From positions 832,001 through 896,000 of the forward strand of contig OY968762.1 of the NCBI GenBank assembly GCA_963695225.1: a stretch of DNA of 64,000 nucleotides. Reading direction: 5' to 3'. The notes below the pieces were generated by a model. That model worked only from the letters and a program-made list of their open reading frames with translations, was not told the origin of the DNA and ran no database searches. The stretch's first letter is position 1; each line of letters starts with the position of its first letter. Below, piece after piece: positions 19,682-29,582 of the stretch. The DNA is from Vulcanimicrobiota bacterium (GTDB lineage: Bacteria > Vulcanimicrobiota > Vulcanimicrobiia > Vulcanimicrobiales > Vulcanimicrobiaceae). Both the position numbers and the translations under genes were made by a program.

Positions 19682-22374
19682 CCGCTGAGGCGAAACGGCT
19701 GGCCGCCGAACGTTCCCGTGCCGCGCGTTGGTATAGGTGGGGACCATATTTGAGCGAGCGCCAGTGGGGCACGGTGCGCGAGGACTACAGCGCCGGCGGG
19801 GATGCCTGGCAATATCTGCCCCACGATCATGCCCGCTCGCGCGCATACCGCTGGGGAGAAGACGGCATCGGCGGCCTCAGCGACAATCATCAGCGCCTGT
19901 GCCTGGCAGTAGCACTCTGGAACGGCAGGGATCCGATCCTCAAAGAGCGCCTCTTCGGCCTGGCCGGTCCCGAAGGCAATCACGGCGAGGACGTCAAGGA
20001 GTGCTACTACTACCTTGACAACCTGCCGTCGCACGCCTACATGAAGATGCTCTACAAGTATCCGCAGGCGGAGTTTCCGTACGCCGACCTGGTCGACGAA
20101 AACAAGCGGCGCTCGAAAGAGGATCCCGAGTACGAACTGCTCGATACCGGCGTCCTCGGTCGCGGGTATTTTGACGTCGCCATCGAGTATGCAAAGGCGG
20201 ATCCCGAAGATATTCTCTGCCGCATGGAGGTCACGAATCGAGGATCCGAGCGCGCTGCGCTTCACGTGTTACCGACGCTGTGGTTCCGGAATACCTGGTC
20301 CTGGAATGCCGCCGGTTCCAAGCCACGCCTTCGCCTCATCTCCGCAGCCGGTGCTGCGACCGGCACGATAGCCGCCCACCACTGGGCATCTGGAGAGCGC
20401 TACTACCACTGCGAGCAGCCCCTCGAGATCGTATTCACCGAAAACGAGACCAACAACGAGCGGCTATTCGGCACGCCGAGCCCGACGCGGTATGTCAAAG
20501 ACGGGATCGATTCATATATCGTTCGCGGCGATGCCGGTGCAGTCAATCCTGAGCGCACGGGGACGAAGGCGGCCGCGCACTACCTGCTCGAGCTGGAGCC
20601 GGGGGAGTCCAAAATCGTTCGCGTGCGGCTGACGGATCGAGCCGATGCGCCCGCTCCCTTTCGCGATTTCGACGCGATCTTTGCTCGCAGGCAAGAGGAA
20701 GCCGATGAGTTCTACAGCAGCGTGCTGAGCTTCCCCATCGACGACGATCTTCGCAACGTCCAGCGCCAGGCGTTTGCCGGCATGCTGTGGAGCAAGCAGT
20801 ACTACCATTACTCCATACAAGACTGGCTCGAGGGCGACAAGGCGCAGCCGGCGCCGCCGCCGCAACGCGCGTCCGGGCGGAATCATCAGTGGGCCCAACT
20901 CTACAACGAAGACATTCTCTCCATGCCGGACGCATGGGAGTACCCGTGGTTCGCGGCCTGGGATCTGGCGTTCCATTGCATCCCGCTCGCCCTGATCGAT
21001 CCGCACTTCGCGAAGCAGCAACTGCTGCTGCTGACGCGCGAGTGGTACATGCATCCTAACGGACAGCTGCCGGCCTACGAATGGGACTTCGGCGATGTGA
21101 ATCCCCCGGTTCACGCGTGGGCGGCGCACCGCGTCTACCAAATCGACCGCAAGATGAGCGGCACCGGCGACACGCTGTTTCTTGAACGCGTGTTCCAGAA
21201 GTTGCTGCTCAACTTCACTTGGTGGGTGAATCGCAAAGACGCGTTCGGCAACAACGTCTTCGGCGGCGGATTCTTGGGCCTCGACAACATCGGCGTCTTC
21301 GATCGCAGCGCGCCCCTGCCCAACGGCGGATATCTCGACCAATCCGACGGCACCAGTTGGATGGGGTTCTACTCCCTCAGCATGCTGGGCATCGCCCTCG
21401 AGCTGGCAAAGACGAAGCCCGCCTATGAAGACATCGCCTCAAAGTTCTTCGAGCATTTTCTCTACATCAGTGCCGCTATGAACCGGATCGGCGGAGCCGA
21501 TCGCGGGCTTTGGGATCCGAACGACGGGTTCTATTACGATTACCTTCACCTTCCCGGACGCGAGCCCGTCCCGCTGCGGGTCCGTTCGATGGTCGGTCTC
21601 ATCCCCTTGCTGGCGGTCGAAGTCGTTGACGGAGCCGTGATGAAAGCGCTGCCGAACTTCGCGCGACGGGTCGAGTGGTTCATCGAAAACCGGCCGGAAC
21701 TGAGCGGCAACGTGATGTGCATGCGCCGCGAGGGAATCGCCGACCGCCGGATTCTCTCGATCGCCGGTCCCGATAAGATCTCCAAGATCCTGCAGCGGAT
21801 GCTCGACCCGAATGAGTTCCTCGGGCAGTACGGCCTGCGCGCGCTCTCCCGCATTCACGCGACGCAACCGTTCCAGATATCCATCGACGGTACGCCGCAT
21901 TCGGTGGGATACGAGCCGGCCGAATCGCGCAGCAACCTCTTCGGCGGCAATTCGAACTGGCGCGGACCGGTTTGGTTTCCACTCAACTACCTCATCATAG
22001 AGGCGCTTCAGAAGTATCACCATTACTACGGCGATGAGCTAACGTTCGAGATGCCCCCCGGTTCGGGAACCTACGCGACGCTCTGGGAGATCGCTACCGA
22101 CATATCTCATCGGCTCATGGACACGTTTGCGCGTGACGATTCCGGACACCGCCCTGTCTTCGGATCGAACGAAACGCTACAGAGCGATCCCAACTTTTCC
22201 GACTACATCCTGTTCCACGAGTATTTCGACGGTGACACGGGCGCAGGCCTCGGTGCGAGCCATCAGACCGGCTGGACCGGTCTGGTCGCGAAACTGATTC
22301 AGCAGTGCGCCGAATACTGCGGCCAAGGCAAGTCGCCGCTTACACATGAACCCGCCGCCGGAGTTGCTTCATAA
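19678..22374 (+). CDS. GH63/MGH1-like glucosidase
   Basis: [45 protein letters not shown] 19678 overlaps the upstream stop. Confidence 0.9.
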   Translation: MTAEAKRLAAERSRAARWYRWGPYLSERQWGTVREDYSAGGDAWQYLPHDHARSRAYRWGEDGIGGLSDNHQRLCLAVALWNGRDPILKERLFGLAGPEGNHGEDVKECYYYLDNLPSHAYMKMLYKYPQAEFPYADLVDENKRRSKEDPEYELLDTGVLGRGYFDVAIEYAKADPEDILCRMEVTNRGSERAALHVLPTLWFRNTWSWNAAGSKPRLRLISAAGAATGTIAAHHWASGERYYHCEQPLEIVFTENETNNERLFGTPSPTRYVKDGIDSYIVRGDAGAVNPERTGTKAAAHYLLELEPGESKIVRVRLTDRADAPAPFRDFDAIFARRQEEADEFYSSVLSFPIDDDLRNVQRQAFAGMLWSKQYYHYSIQDWLEGDKAQPAPPPQRASGRNHQWAQLYNEDILSMPDAWEYPWFAAWDLAFHCIPLALIDPHFAKQQLLLLTREWYMHPNGQLPAYEWDFGDVNPPVHAWAAHRVYQIDRKMSGTGDTLFLERVFQKLLLNFTWWVNRKDAFGNNVFGGGFLGLDNIGVFDRSAPLPNGGYLDQSDGTSWMGFYSLSMLGIALELAKTKPAYEDIASKFFEHFLYISAAMNRIGGADRGLWDPNDGFYYDYLHLPGREPVPLRVRSMVGLIPLLAVEVVDGAVMKALPNFARRVEWFIENRPELSGNVMCMRREGIADRRILSIAGPDKISKILQRMLDPNEFLGQYGLRALSRIHATQPFQISIDGTPHSVGYEPAESRSNLFGGNSNWRGPVWFPLNYLIIEALQKYHHYYGDELTFEMPPGSGTYATLWEIATDISHRLMDTFARDDSGHRPVFGSNETLQSDPNFSDYILFHEYFDGDTGAGLGASHQTGWTGLVAKLIQQCAEYCGQGKSPLTHEPAAGVAS

Positions 22375-23933
22375 TGCACTACGACCTGATCGTCGTCGGG
22401 ACCGGTGCCGGAGGCGGCACGCTCTTGCACGCGTTGGCTCCGTCCGGCAAGAAGATCCTCGTCCTCGAGCGGGGCGATTACCTCAAGCGTGCCAAGGAGA
22501 ACTGGAACGCACGTGCCGTCTTCACGGAGCAGGAGTATACGGCGCACGAGCAGTGGCTCGACCGCAACGGTAAGCCGTTTCGACCGGGCATCCACTACTG
22601 CGTAGGCGGCAACACCAAGTTCTATGGGGCCGCGTTGCTTCGCCTTCGCGAAGTCGACTTCAAGGAGCGGCGGCATCATGGAGGACTCTCTCCCGCCTGG
22701 CCACTGGACTACGCCGACTTCGAGGGGTACTACGCACGTGCCGAAGAGCTCTATCACGTCCACGGCCGGCGTGGAGCCGATCCGACCGAGCCGTGGGCAA
22801 GCAAGCCGTATCCCTTCGAACCCGTCTCACACGAACCACGAATCGCGGAGCTTGCCGCCGACTTCGAACGGCTAGGCCTGCATCCGTTTCCGTTGCCGCT
22901 CGCGATCATGCTCGACGAATCGAACTACGAGAAGAGCCGCTGCATTCGTTGCAGCACGTGCGACGGGTTTCCGTGCCTCGTCGATGCGAAAGCCGATGCG
23001 CATACGATCTGCGTGCGGCCGGCCGTGGAGCATTCCAACGTCACGCTCCTGACGAACGCATTCGTGCGACGTCTCGAGACGAGCGCGAGCGGCCGCGCGA
23101 TCACGGGCGTCATCGTCGAGCGCGGCGGCTCCGAGGAGACGGTCACGGCGGATATCGTCGTGCTCGCATGCGGCGCCGTCAACTCCGCGGCGCTTCTCCT
23201 TCGTTCGGCAAACGATCGGCACCCGAACGGCCTCGCCAACGGATCGGCCGTGGTTGGACGTCACTACATGGCGCACAATAACTCGGCGCTCGTCGCCGTT
23301 TCGAAGCGCGCGAACCCCACGGTCTTCCAAAAAACGCTCGGCATCAACGATTACTACGACCGCGCGGATGACTTCGAGTTCCCGCTCGGGCACTTTCAAA
23401 TGTTGGGCAAATCGGAGGCCGAAGAGTTCAAGGGCGACGCGAAGTTTGCGCCCGGCGTCGCGCTCGAACTTCTGGCGACGCACGCACTCGACTTCTGGTT
23501 GACGTCGGAGGACCTGCCCGACCCGGAGAACCGCGTGACGATCGAGCGCGACGGCTCCCTGCGGTTGAGCTACACCGAAAACAACCTCGAAGGCCACAAG
23601 CGTCTCATTGCCAAGCTGAAGGACTCGCTCGAGCGCGTCGGGTGCGAGACGCACCTTTTCCCGAACGCGCTCTATCTCGGCAAGAAGATCCCGATCGCCG
23701 GCGTCGCGCATCAAAACGGGACGATCCGCTTTGGCACCGACCCGGCGACTTCGGCTCTTGACATCTACTGCAAGGCGCACGAACTCGACAATCTCTACGT
23801 CGTAGACGGGAGCTTCTTCGTCTCGAGCGCTGCCGTCAACCCGGCGCTGACGATCATGGCGAACGCGCTTCGAGTTGCCGACCATCTGTCGCAGCGTCTA
23901 GATGTCACAGGCGCTACGCTGGCAACGGGGTAG
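22374..23933 (+). CDS. GMC family flavoprotein oxidoreductase
   Basis: GTGAGG FAD motif, VGGNTKFYGA, CIRCSTCDGFPC, AHQNGT, NPALT. Confidence 0.92.
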   Translation: MHYDLIVVGTGAGGGTLLHALAPSGKKILVLERGDYLKRAKENWNARAVFTEQEYTAHEQWLDRNGKPFRPGIHYCVGGNTKFYGAALLRLREVDFKERRHHGGLSPAWPLDYADFEGYYARAEELYHVHGRRGADPTEPWASKPYPFEPVSHEPRIAELAADFERLGLHPFPLPLAIMLDESNYEKSRCIRCSTCDGFPCLVDAKADAHTICVRPAVEHSNVTLLTNAFVRRLETSASGRAITGVIVERGGSEETVTADIVVLACGAVNSAALLLRSANDRHPNGLANGSAVVGRHYMAHNNSALVAVSKRANPTVFQKTLGINDYYDRADDFEFPLGHFQMLGKSEAEEFKGDAKFAPGVALELLATHALDFWLTSEDLPDPENRVTIERDGSLRLSYTENNLEGHKRLIAKLKDSLERVGCETHLFPNALYLGKKIPIAGVAHQNGTIRFGTDPATSALDIYCKAHELDNLYVVDGSFFVSSAAVNPALTIMANALRVADHLSQRLDVTGATLATG

Positions 23934-23939
23934 CGGACG

Positions 23940-24962
23940 TTGCTTCGCAGGCTTCGCTGTTACGTTACCTTTTCAGCCGCGTTCGCTTTAGCGATACCGG
24001 CCGGCGCGGCGCGTGCGAACGATGTTGCGCCGCTCGCAGTGGCGAGCGTTGGGTTTACCGTGTCGAACCTCGACCGTGAAGTGGCGTTCTTTACGCAAGT
24101 GCTGACTTTTCGGCTCGTCTCCGAGTCGGATCGCGCCGGGGACGGATTCGAACATCTCTGCGGTGTCTTCGGTGCGAGAGCCCGCACCGCAACGCTCGCA
24201 CTCGGCGATGAAAGCATCGAATTGACGGAGTATCTAGCACCCCGCGGTCGCCCGTTTCCGCTCGATGCAGCAGCGAACGACAAGAGCTTTCAGCATATCG
24301 CCATCGTCGTGAGCGACATGTCGCGCGCATTTGCGGCACTGCAGAAGGGTCGCATCGCCTTCGCATCGACCGGGCCGCAACGCTTGCCGGACTGGAACCC
24401 AAACGCCGGCGGGATACAAGCGTTCTATTTTCGCGATCCGGACGGGCACTTTCTCGAGATACTCGCGTTTCCGCCGGGCAAAGGTGCGCCGAAATGGCAT
24501 TCTGGTTCCGGCGAGAGGATCTTCCTCGGCATCGATCACACAGCGGTCGTCACTGCAGACACCGACCGGGATCTTGCCTTTTATCGGGACGCCCTTGGTT
24601 TTCGCGTCGCAGGCACCAGCGAAAACTATGGAGTGGAACAAGAACATCTGAACAACGTGTTCGGCGCCCGCTTGCGCATCACGACGCTACGCGCAGCGGC
24701 AGGCCCTGGCATCGAACTTCTCGAGTACGTCGCGCCGCCCGGGGGGCGGCCATTTCCGCCCGACGCTCGCGCGAACGATCTCATTCACTGGACGGTTCAT
24801 ATCGACGCCCCCGCCCTTGAGCCGGTGGAACAGACGATGCGGGCCGATCACGCTCAATTCATATCGCCCGGAATCGTCGTGCTGAGGAGCCGTTCGGGCA
24901 CGACCCGCGCCTTGAGCGTGCAAGATCCGGACGGGCATTCCCTGGAGTTCGACCAACGTTAG
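23940..24962 (+). CDS. Exported VOC/glyoxalase-family protein
   Basis: Signal peptide; two VOC repeats (HIAIVV..RDPDGHFLE; DHTAVV..DPDGHSLE). Confidence 0.88.
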   Translation: MLRRLRCYVTFSAAFALAIPAGAARANDVAPLAVASVGFTVSNLDREVAFFTQVLTFRLVSESDRAGDGFEHLCGVFGARARTATLALGDESIELTEYLAPRGRPFPLDAAANDKSFQHIAIVVSDMSRAFAALQKGRIAFASTGPQRLPDWNPNAGGIQAFYFRDPDGHFLEILAFPPGKGAPKWHSGSGERIFLGIDHTAVVTADTDRDLAFYRDALGFRVAGTSENYGVEQEHLNNVFGARLRITTLRAAAGPGIELLEYVAPPGGRPFPPDARANDLIHWTVHIDAPALEPVEQTMRADHAQFISPGIVVLRSRSGTTRALSVQDPDGHSLEFDQR

Positions 24963-24991
24963 CTTCACACTCTCGACCGAGGAGCACCTCA

Positions 24992-26017
24992 ATGCGTACG
25001 AGCCTTCTGTTCGCGGCAAGCGTCCTTGCCGTTTCGCTCACGATGCCTGCCGCGGCAGCCGAACCGACGCTCTTGCTGCGGAGCGCACGTGCGGTCGACA
25101 CCGTACGGAACACGGTCGTGTTGCCGCTTCGTCGCGGGACGTCCGGGGGAAGAACCGTGTGGTACATCCTAACCGACGTGTCGGACGCCGCTGCAGCGAA
25201 GGCTAAGAATCTGGTGTTTGCTCCTGCGCTCGTCTCCGTCGGCGCGACACAGACGGTTACCGAAAAAGCGGGCGTTTGGGACTTCGCGGCGGCGCCCGAC
25301 TTCTCGCAGGGGCGCGTCTTTGCACCCGGCCCTGCCGGCTTTCCTCCTGCGCGGGCGGTGCCGGGTGCAACCGCACCTGCCGCCTACTCGCCGTTCGTCA
25401 AAGCCGCGGGGACGGTCTACAACGCTCCCATCGTGGCGACTGGCGAGGGGCCTTTCGACGTAACCACCCACGCGAACACCGCCGATCGGGTGCTCGCCGT
25501 CGATAAAGCGCACGGAACGGTGAAGCTGCTTCTCGCGAACGGCTTCGCCGGCGGTAAACGAGTGTTCTACATCAGCACCGAAGCTTCGGACCAAGGGGTC
25601 GCGACGATAGAACGGGCGACGTACGCCCCCGCCATCGCGAACGCTCCCCAAAGCGCGCGGCTGTCCATCCTGGTTATCGTCAACGGCCAATCGCAGGGTC
25701 TCGCATTCGCAGCTCTACACGGAAACCTCACCGAGAACGCGACCCTCGCGAACAGTGCATCGCTCAAGACTTCGAGCAACATTCTGGGAGGTCTGCCTGC
25801 GAGCGGGCCGAGCGGCGGCATTTACGATCCGCTGTGGGATGTTTCCGTCGGCGCCTGGAGCGATGCAGCCGTTGCCGCGAATCAGAATGTAACGCTCAAG
25901 AGCGCTGAAGACGTGCAAGAGGCGGTCGCTGCAAAGCTCATGACCGGCCCCGGGGGAAAGCCCTTTGGCCCGGCAGGGTTTGACGTCAATTGCCCGGTTA
26001 TCGCCGTCGATCTATAG
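24992..26017 (+). CDS. Secreted hypothetical protein
   Basis: GAGGAG RBS, signal peptide, internal repeat pattern (WYILTDVSD/FYISTEASD; NAPIV/NCPVI). Confidence 0.75.
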   Translation: MRTSLLFAASVLAVSLTMPAAAAEPTLLLRSARAVDTVRNTVVLPLRRGTSGGRTVWYILTDVSDAAAAKAKNLVFAPALVSVGATQTVTEKAGVWDFAAAPDFSQGRVFAPGPAGFPPARAVPGATAPAAYSPFVKAAGTVYNAPIVATGEGPFDVTTHANTADRVLAVDKAHGTVKLLLANGFAGGKRVFYISTEASDQGVATIERATYAPAIANAPQSARLSILVIVNGQSQGLAFAALHGNLTENATLANSASLKTSSNILGGLPASGPSGGIYDPLWDVSVGAWSDAAVAANQNVTLKSAEDVQEAVAAKLMTGPGGKPFGPAGFDVNCPVIAVDL

Positions 26018-26080
26018 CACAAGCGCGGAAAGCGCTTCTGAGGTGTTAACAGTCGCGCCCATATCTACGGCTGTCCTTCT

Positions 26081-26212
26081 TTGACGGGCACCAGCCACCG
26101 GCAGTTCACGCACCCGACTAAGCCGGGCCGGGTCACCGTATCAGGTAAAGAGTCCGGCGACCTGACGCCGAAAACGTGGGCGTCTATCCTCAAGCAGGCA
26201 GGCCTGAAATGA
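26081..26212 (+). pseudogene. hicA: 5'-truncated HicA toxin
   Basis: LTGTSHRQFTHPTKPGRVTVSGKESGDLTPKTWASILKQAGLK*; N-terminal helix absent; stop overlaps the hicB ATG. Confidence 0.8.
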
Positions 26213-26418
26213 AATACCCCGTCATTTACGAGCCGACCGCGACCGGGTTCGCGGCATCCGTCCCCGATCTCCCTGGATGTGTCGCGGTCGGGGAGTCCCT
26301 CAACGAAACGCGCGCGCTCATCGCCGGAGCGATCGCCTTGCATCTGGCCGGAATGCGAGAGGACGGCACTCCGATTCCGGCGCCTTCGCTTCTCGAGCTC
26401 GTCGACGTCGCCGGATAA
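26209..26418 (+). CDS. hicB: HicB-family antitoxin
   Basis: MKYPVIYE..GFAASVPDLPGCVAVGES..EDGTPIPAP. Confidence 0.9.
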   Translation: MKYPVIYEPTATGFAASVPDLPGCVAVGESLNETRALIAGAIALHLAGMREDGTPIPAPSLLELVDVAG

Positions 26419-26523
26419 GTCTGCCGCCCGCTTGGTAGAATCAGGGCGGGTGACAGCCTTGCGATTCAGCCTCCGACGCAAACGGGGTCGTGGCCGCACC
26501 GTACGGCCTTCCGTGGGCCGTCC

Positions 26524-27039
26524 TTAGAAGAGGGCAGATACGGGAATCGCGACGCCGAGAACCTCGAAGCTTTCGCCTTCGTGATAGTCGCGGCGCTCGG
26601 GGCCATACGATTCGACTTTGCGCTCTGGAATGTTGACGATCCAGGCCGGGATTCCAGCTGCGATGTAGAGAGGAATCTTCACGTTGCGGTCGTCGAGGTA
26701 AGTGGTATCAGCAACTTCGATCGCGGCGAGCGTGTCGATCGCTTCGGTTGTCGTTTCGTAGCGTTTGTTGCGAACGACGGCGACGTCGACTTCGGGGGCG
26801 TGGGGGCCCTTCCAGCCTGCGACGGCGATCGGGTCCTGGACCTGGATGGCGTAGATATTCCAGTCAAGGGCGCGAGCAAGATACTCGATCAGCACCCGAA
26901 CCGCGTTGACGTGGGGCGGATTGCGCGGGGACACTTCGTAGATGACTCCATCGACGAGTTCGGTTTGGCCCGGGACTCCCGAAGCCATGTATTCCTCAAC
27001 ACTGAAGCGGTGTGGCCGAGAAGCGGTAAGGGCGAGCAT
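26524..27039 (-). CDS. Uma2-family (DUF820) PD-(D/E)XK endonuclease, copy 1
   Basis: AGGAGG RBS; ELVDG..SP..PH, PEVDVAVV, IEVADT..D..K..LY..AGIP. Confidence 0.9.
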   Translation of the reverse strand: MLALTASRPHRFSVEEYMASGVPGQTELVDGVIYEVSPRNPPHVNAVRVLIEYLARALDWNIYAIQVQDPIAVAGWKGPHAPEVDVAVVRNKRYETTTEAIDTLAAIEVADTTYLDDRNVKIPLYIAAGIPAWIVNIPERKVESYGPERRDYHEGESFEVLGVAIPVSALF

Positions 27040-27154
27040 CTTGCCTCCTATTTTCGGTCCGACCAAACTCGCACCTTTGGTGGCTCCATCGTATAGACCG
27101 CTAGACCGCGGCCAGTCAGAAACGTCGAGAGCCCCGAATTCCCCGCGTGATGTC

Positions 27155-27328
27155 CACGACCTACGCGGGCCATCTTGCTCGGCGACGAGCACTTCAAGGC
27201 GCTCCAGCAGCGCCTCGGCCATTCGTCCTCGAGCACTAATGCCGACATCTGCCTCACGCTGCCGGTCGCCGCGCAAAGCCGCTCGCGGACCGGCTCGACG
27301 CCTTCTTCGGCCGTCACGAGCCAGCCTC
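27155..27328 (+). pseudogene. Tyrosine integrase C-terminal relic, copy 1
   Basis: HDLR, frameshift, then LLGDEHFKALQQRLGHSSSSTNADIC; one extra 1-bp deletion relative to copy 2. Confidence 0.7.
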
Positions 27329-27391
27329 GAATGAGGGTACGAATGAGCGAATGAGGGTATTTGCGTCCAAAAACGTTGCATCGGCCAAGCA

Positions 27392-27428
27392 GAAAAAGAA
27401 CGCCCAATCCCTTATGGGACGGGCGTTT
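27392..27428 (-). terminator. Rho-independent terminator after tRNA fragment 1
   Basis: AAACGCCCGTCCCATAAGGGATTGGGCGTT followed by a T tract. Confidence 0.75.
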
Positions 27429-27436
27429 GCGGGATG

Positions 27437-27478
27437 TGCCGAGAGCCAGAATCGAACTGGCGACACCAGGTTTTTCAG
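27437..27478 (-). tRNA. tRNA-Phe(GAA) 3' half only (att core 1), not a functional tRNA
   Basis: CTGAAAA ACCTG GTGTC GCCAG TTCGATT CTGGC TCTCGGC A; no D-arm or 5' acceptor strand upstream. Confidence 0.9.
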
Positions 27479-28033
27479 GTCTGTTGAACGACGCACGGAT
27501 TGTTGTTTCCCTCGTGTTTTGACGCTCTCATTCGTCTCCTAAGTGCCGAGCTTCTCGCCCATTGAGGGTACGAATGAGGGTATGGAGGGACGCCTTTGCT
27601 TGGCCTCGATGCTCGCGAGTATGAGTCGGTGGATTTATGCCGTCGGTCCCCTAGGTCTACCGCCAAGAAGAACCTCAACCTCGATGGAGCGACGCCGGCG
27701 TTCCAGTGCGTGTGGCGACGGAACTATCGCCGACCAGTCCGCTCGAGCTTGGCCCCGCCGCGTCCCGTTTCGAGTGAGCCGACTGCGCGGGCAGAGCGAG
27801 CAGGCTTCCGCGTGGATCGAAGATCAGGGCTTAGGGGCGAACATCATCCCCGCAGCGTCGCGGGGCTGCGCCGGGAGGCCCCGTTCACGATACCCCGCGA
27901 CGGTTGTGGGGCATAGAATAAGAGCCTACCTTCTCGAGGCGTCCGGGGTAGCAAGCGGGTGGGCTCGGCCCTGGATCGGGAGCCAGGAATTACTGTGGAT
28001 GTCGCCCGATGAAGGCAGACGGAGAAATCCACA

Positions 28034-28327
28034 ATGCGAAAGAGCCGCTTCACCGAGACCCAGATCGTCCAGATCCTCGCCGAGCATGATGCCGGGGCGT
28101 CCATGGCTGACCTTGGGCGCCGCCACGGCGTCCACGCGAACACGATCCGGTTGTGGCGTCAGAAGTACGCCGGCATGAATGCGACCGATCTTGCCCGCCT
28201 CAAGCAGCTCGAGGCGGAGAACGCGCAGATGCAGCGCATCATCGCCCGGCAGACCGTCAAGATTGACGCGATCGAGGAGCTGTTACGAAAAAACTCCTGG
28301 AGCCTTCCCGGCGAGCCGAAGCCGTGA
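28034..28327 (+). CDS. IS3 transposase OrfA
   Basis: MRKSRFTETQI, HTH, RLKQLEAEN leucine zipper. Confidence 0.92.
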   Translation: MRKSRFTETQIVQILAEHDAGASMADLGRRHGVHANTIRLWRQKYAGMNATDLARLKQLEAENAQMQRIIARQTVKIDAIEELLRKNSWSLPGEPKP

Positions 28328-29166
28328 AGGCGCTCCAAGCGCTCGGCCTGAGCCAGCGCGAGGCGTGCACGATCGCACGTGCGCGCCGCCGCTCATCGCG
28401 CGAAGTTCCCAGCCGCAAGGCGCAGGAAGATGCACAGGTAGCCCTGCGCCTGACGGAACTTGCGCAAGAGCATGCGGGACACGGATGCCGGCGACTCTAC
28501 TTCGACTACGAGCGTGACGCACGGCCCGGCGATGACTACATGAACCACAAGCGATTTCGCCGGCTCTACCGGCTTGCGGGTTTGCAGATAGGCCGCCGTC
28601 ATCGCCGCGGTCGCGCGAAGATCGTTCGCGGCCGAAGCCTTCGCCGTGCGGTTCGGCCCTTTGAGGGTTGGACGATGGACTTCATGCACGACCGCCTCTT
28701 TAACGGGCGCTCTTTTCGCGGGCTCACGGTCATGGATGAGTTCAGCCGGTCAGGCCTGGCTCTTGAGGCTGCGTATTCGTTTCCCAGCCGATCAGTCGTC
28801 AAGGTTCTTGACGATCTCGGCGCCGTGTACGGCTATCCCAAATACCTGCGGATCGACAATGGCACGGAGCTAACATCGAAGATCATGCAGCAGTGGTCCG
28901 AAGACCATTGCGTTGAGTTGCTCTTCATCCAACCGGGCAAGCCGACGCAGAACGCCTATATCGAATCGTTCAACTCACGGGTCCGCTCGGAGTTCTTCAA
29001 TGCCCAATGGTTCCGCTCGGTGCTTGAAGCTCGCGGTGCAGCCGACGCATGGCGGCACCGTTACAACACGACCCATGCTCATAGCGCACTGCACTACCAA
29101 ACCCCCGAGGAGTTCCTCGGGACCTACGAAACTATCCCCACCCCACAGAAATCACTGGCTGCATAA
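28324..29166 (+). CDS. IS3 transposase OrfB (DDE)
   Basis: WTMDF, DNG, PGKPTQNAYIESFN. Confidence 0.92.
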   Translation: MKALQALGLSQREACTIARARRRSSREVPSRKAQEDAQVALRLTELAQEHAGHGCRRLYFDYERDARPGDDYMNHKRFRRLYRLAGLQIGRRHRRGRAKIVRGRSLRRAVRPFEGWTMDFMHDRLFNGRSFRGLTVMDEFSRSGLALEAAYSFPSRSVVKVLDDLGAVYGYPKYLRIDNGTELTSKIMQQWSEDHCVELLFIQPGKPTQNAYIESFNSRVRSEFFNAQWFRSVLEARGAADAWRHRYNTTHAHSALHYQTPEEFLGTYETIPTPQKSLAA

Positions 29167-29330
29167 CAGGGCCGAGCCCACGGGCGAATCGTTGAGCGCG
29201 GCAAGTGTGCACACACCGCAACGCAAGCGCGCTCGAGGTTCACGATGATGGCGCCAATAGCAGCCGGTCTCGATTTCGCGGCAACGCGGCTCGGCGTGAT
29301 CACGAGTCCGCAGGCATGCCCTCGACCCCG

Positions 29331-29582
29331 GGCGCCGCGATTCTTGACGAAGAGCGGCCGTCTTGAATGCTCTACCGCTCACCGGAGCCGGTCCTCGAGC
29401 CGAAGGCGCCGTACGAGCATGACGGCGTGGTCAACGACGTGATATTTCCATCGGCGACCGACCCGCGCGCGGATGGCGCCCTGGACGTCTACTACGGCGC
29501 GGGGGATCACATCATCGGGGCCGCCCGCGTCAGCTTGCCGAGCAAGATCCCCATCGTCATGGAAAATCCGAATGGCGGATAG
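29331..29582 (+). pseudogene. GH130-like glycosidase/phosphorylase C-terminal fragment
   Basis: GAAILD..PS*MLYRSPEPVLEP..YE..GVVNDVIFP..DVYYGAGD..IGAA; internal stop and no 5' part. Confidence 0.75.

Larger units (their letters stand above)
27329..27583. promoter_or_regulatory. attP-like site 1 with arm-type repeats flanking the tRNA core
   Basis: GAATGAG(GGTA) repeats at 27329-27360 and 27561-27583, inverted copy at 27527-27535. Confidence 0.7.
26523..27783. repeat. Long direct repeat, copy 1 (Uma2 + int relic + att)
   Basis: Matches 54204-55405. Only a few differences up to the tRNA core, clearly more divergent after it. Confidence 0.97.
27960..29180 (+). mobile_element. Complete IS3-family element
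   Basis: IRs TGGGCTCGGCCCTG / CAGGGCCGAGCCCA, 4-bp target duplication CGGG, orfA and orfB with an A-run slippery site near 28288. Confidence 0.93.

Noticed and set aside
27329..27360. CRISPR-like short repeats
   Set aside because: Units are 8-12 bp with no spacers and no cas genes; better explained as att arm sites.
27437..27520. Functional tRNA-Phe gene (also at 55119)
   Set aside because: No D-arm or 5' acceptor strand; only the 3' half is present.
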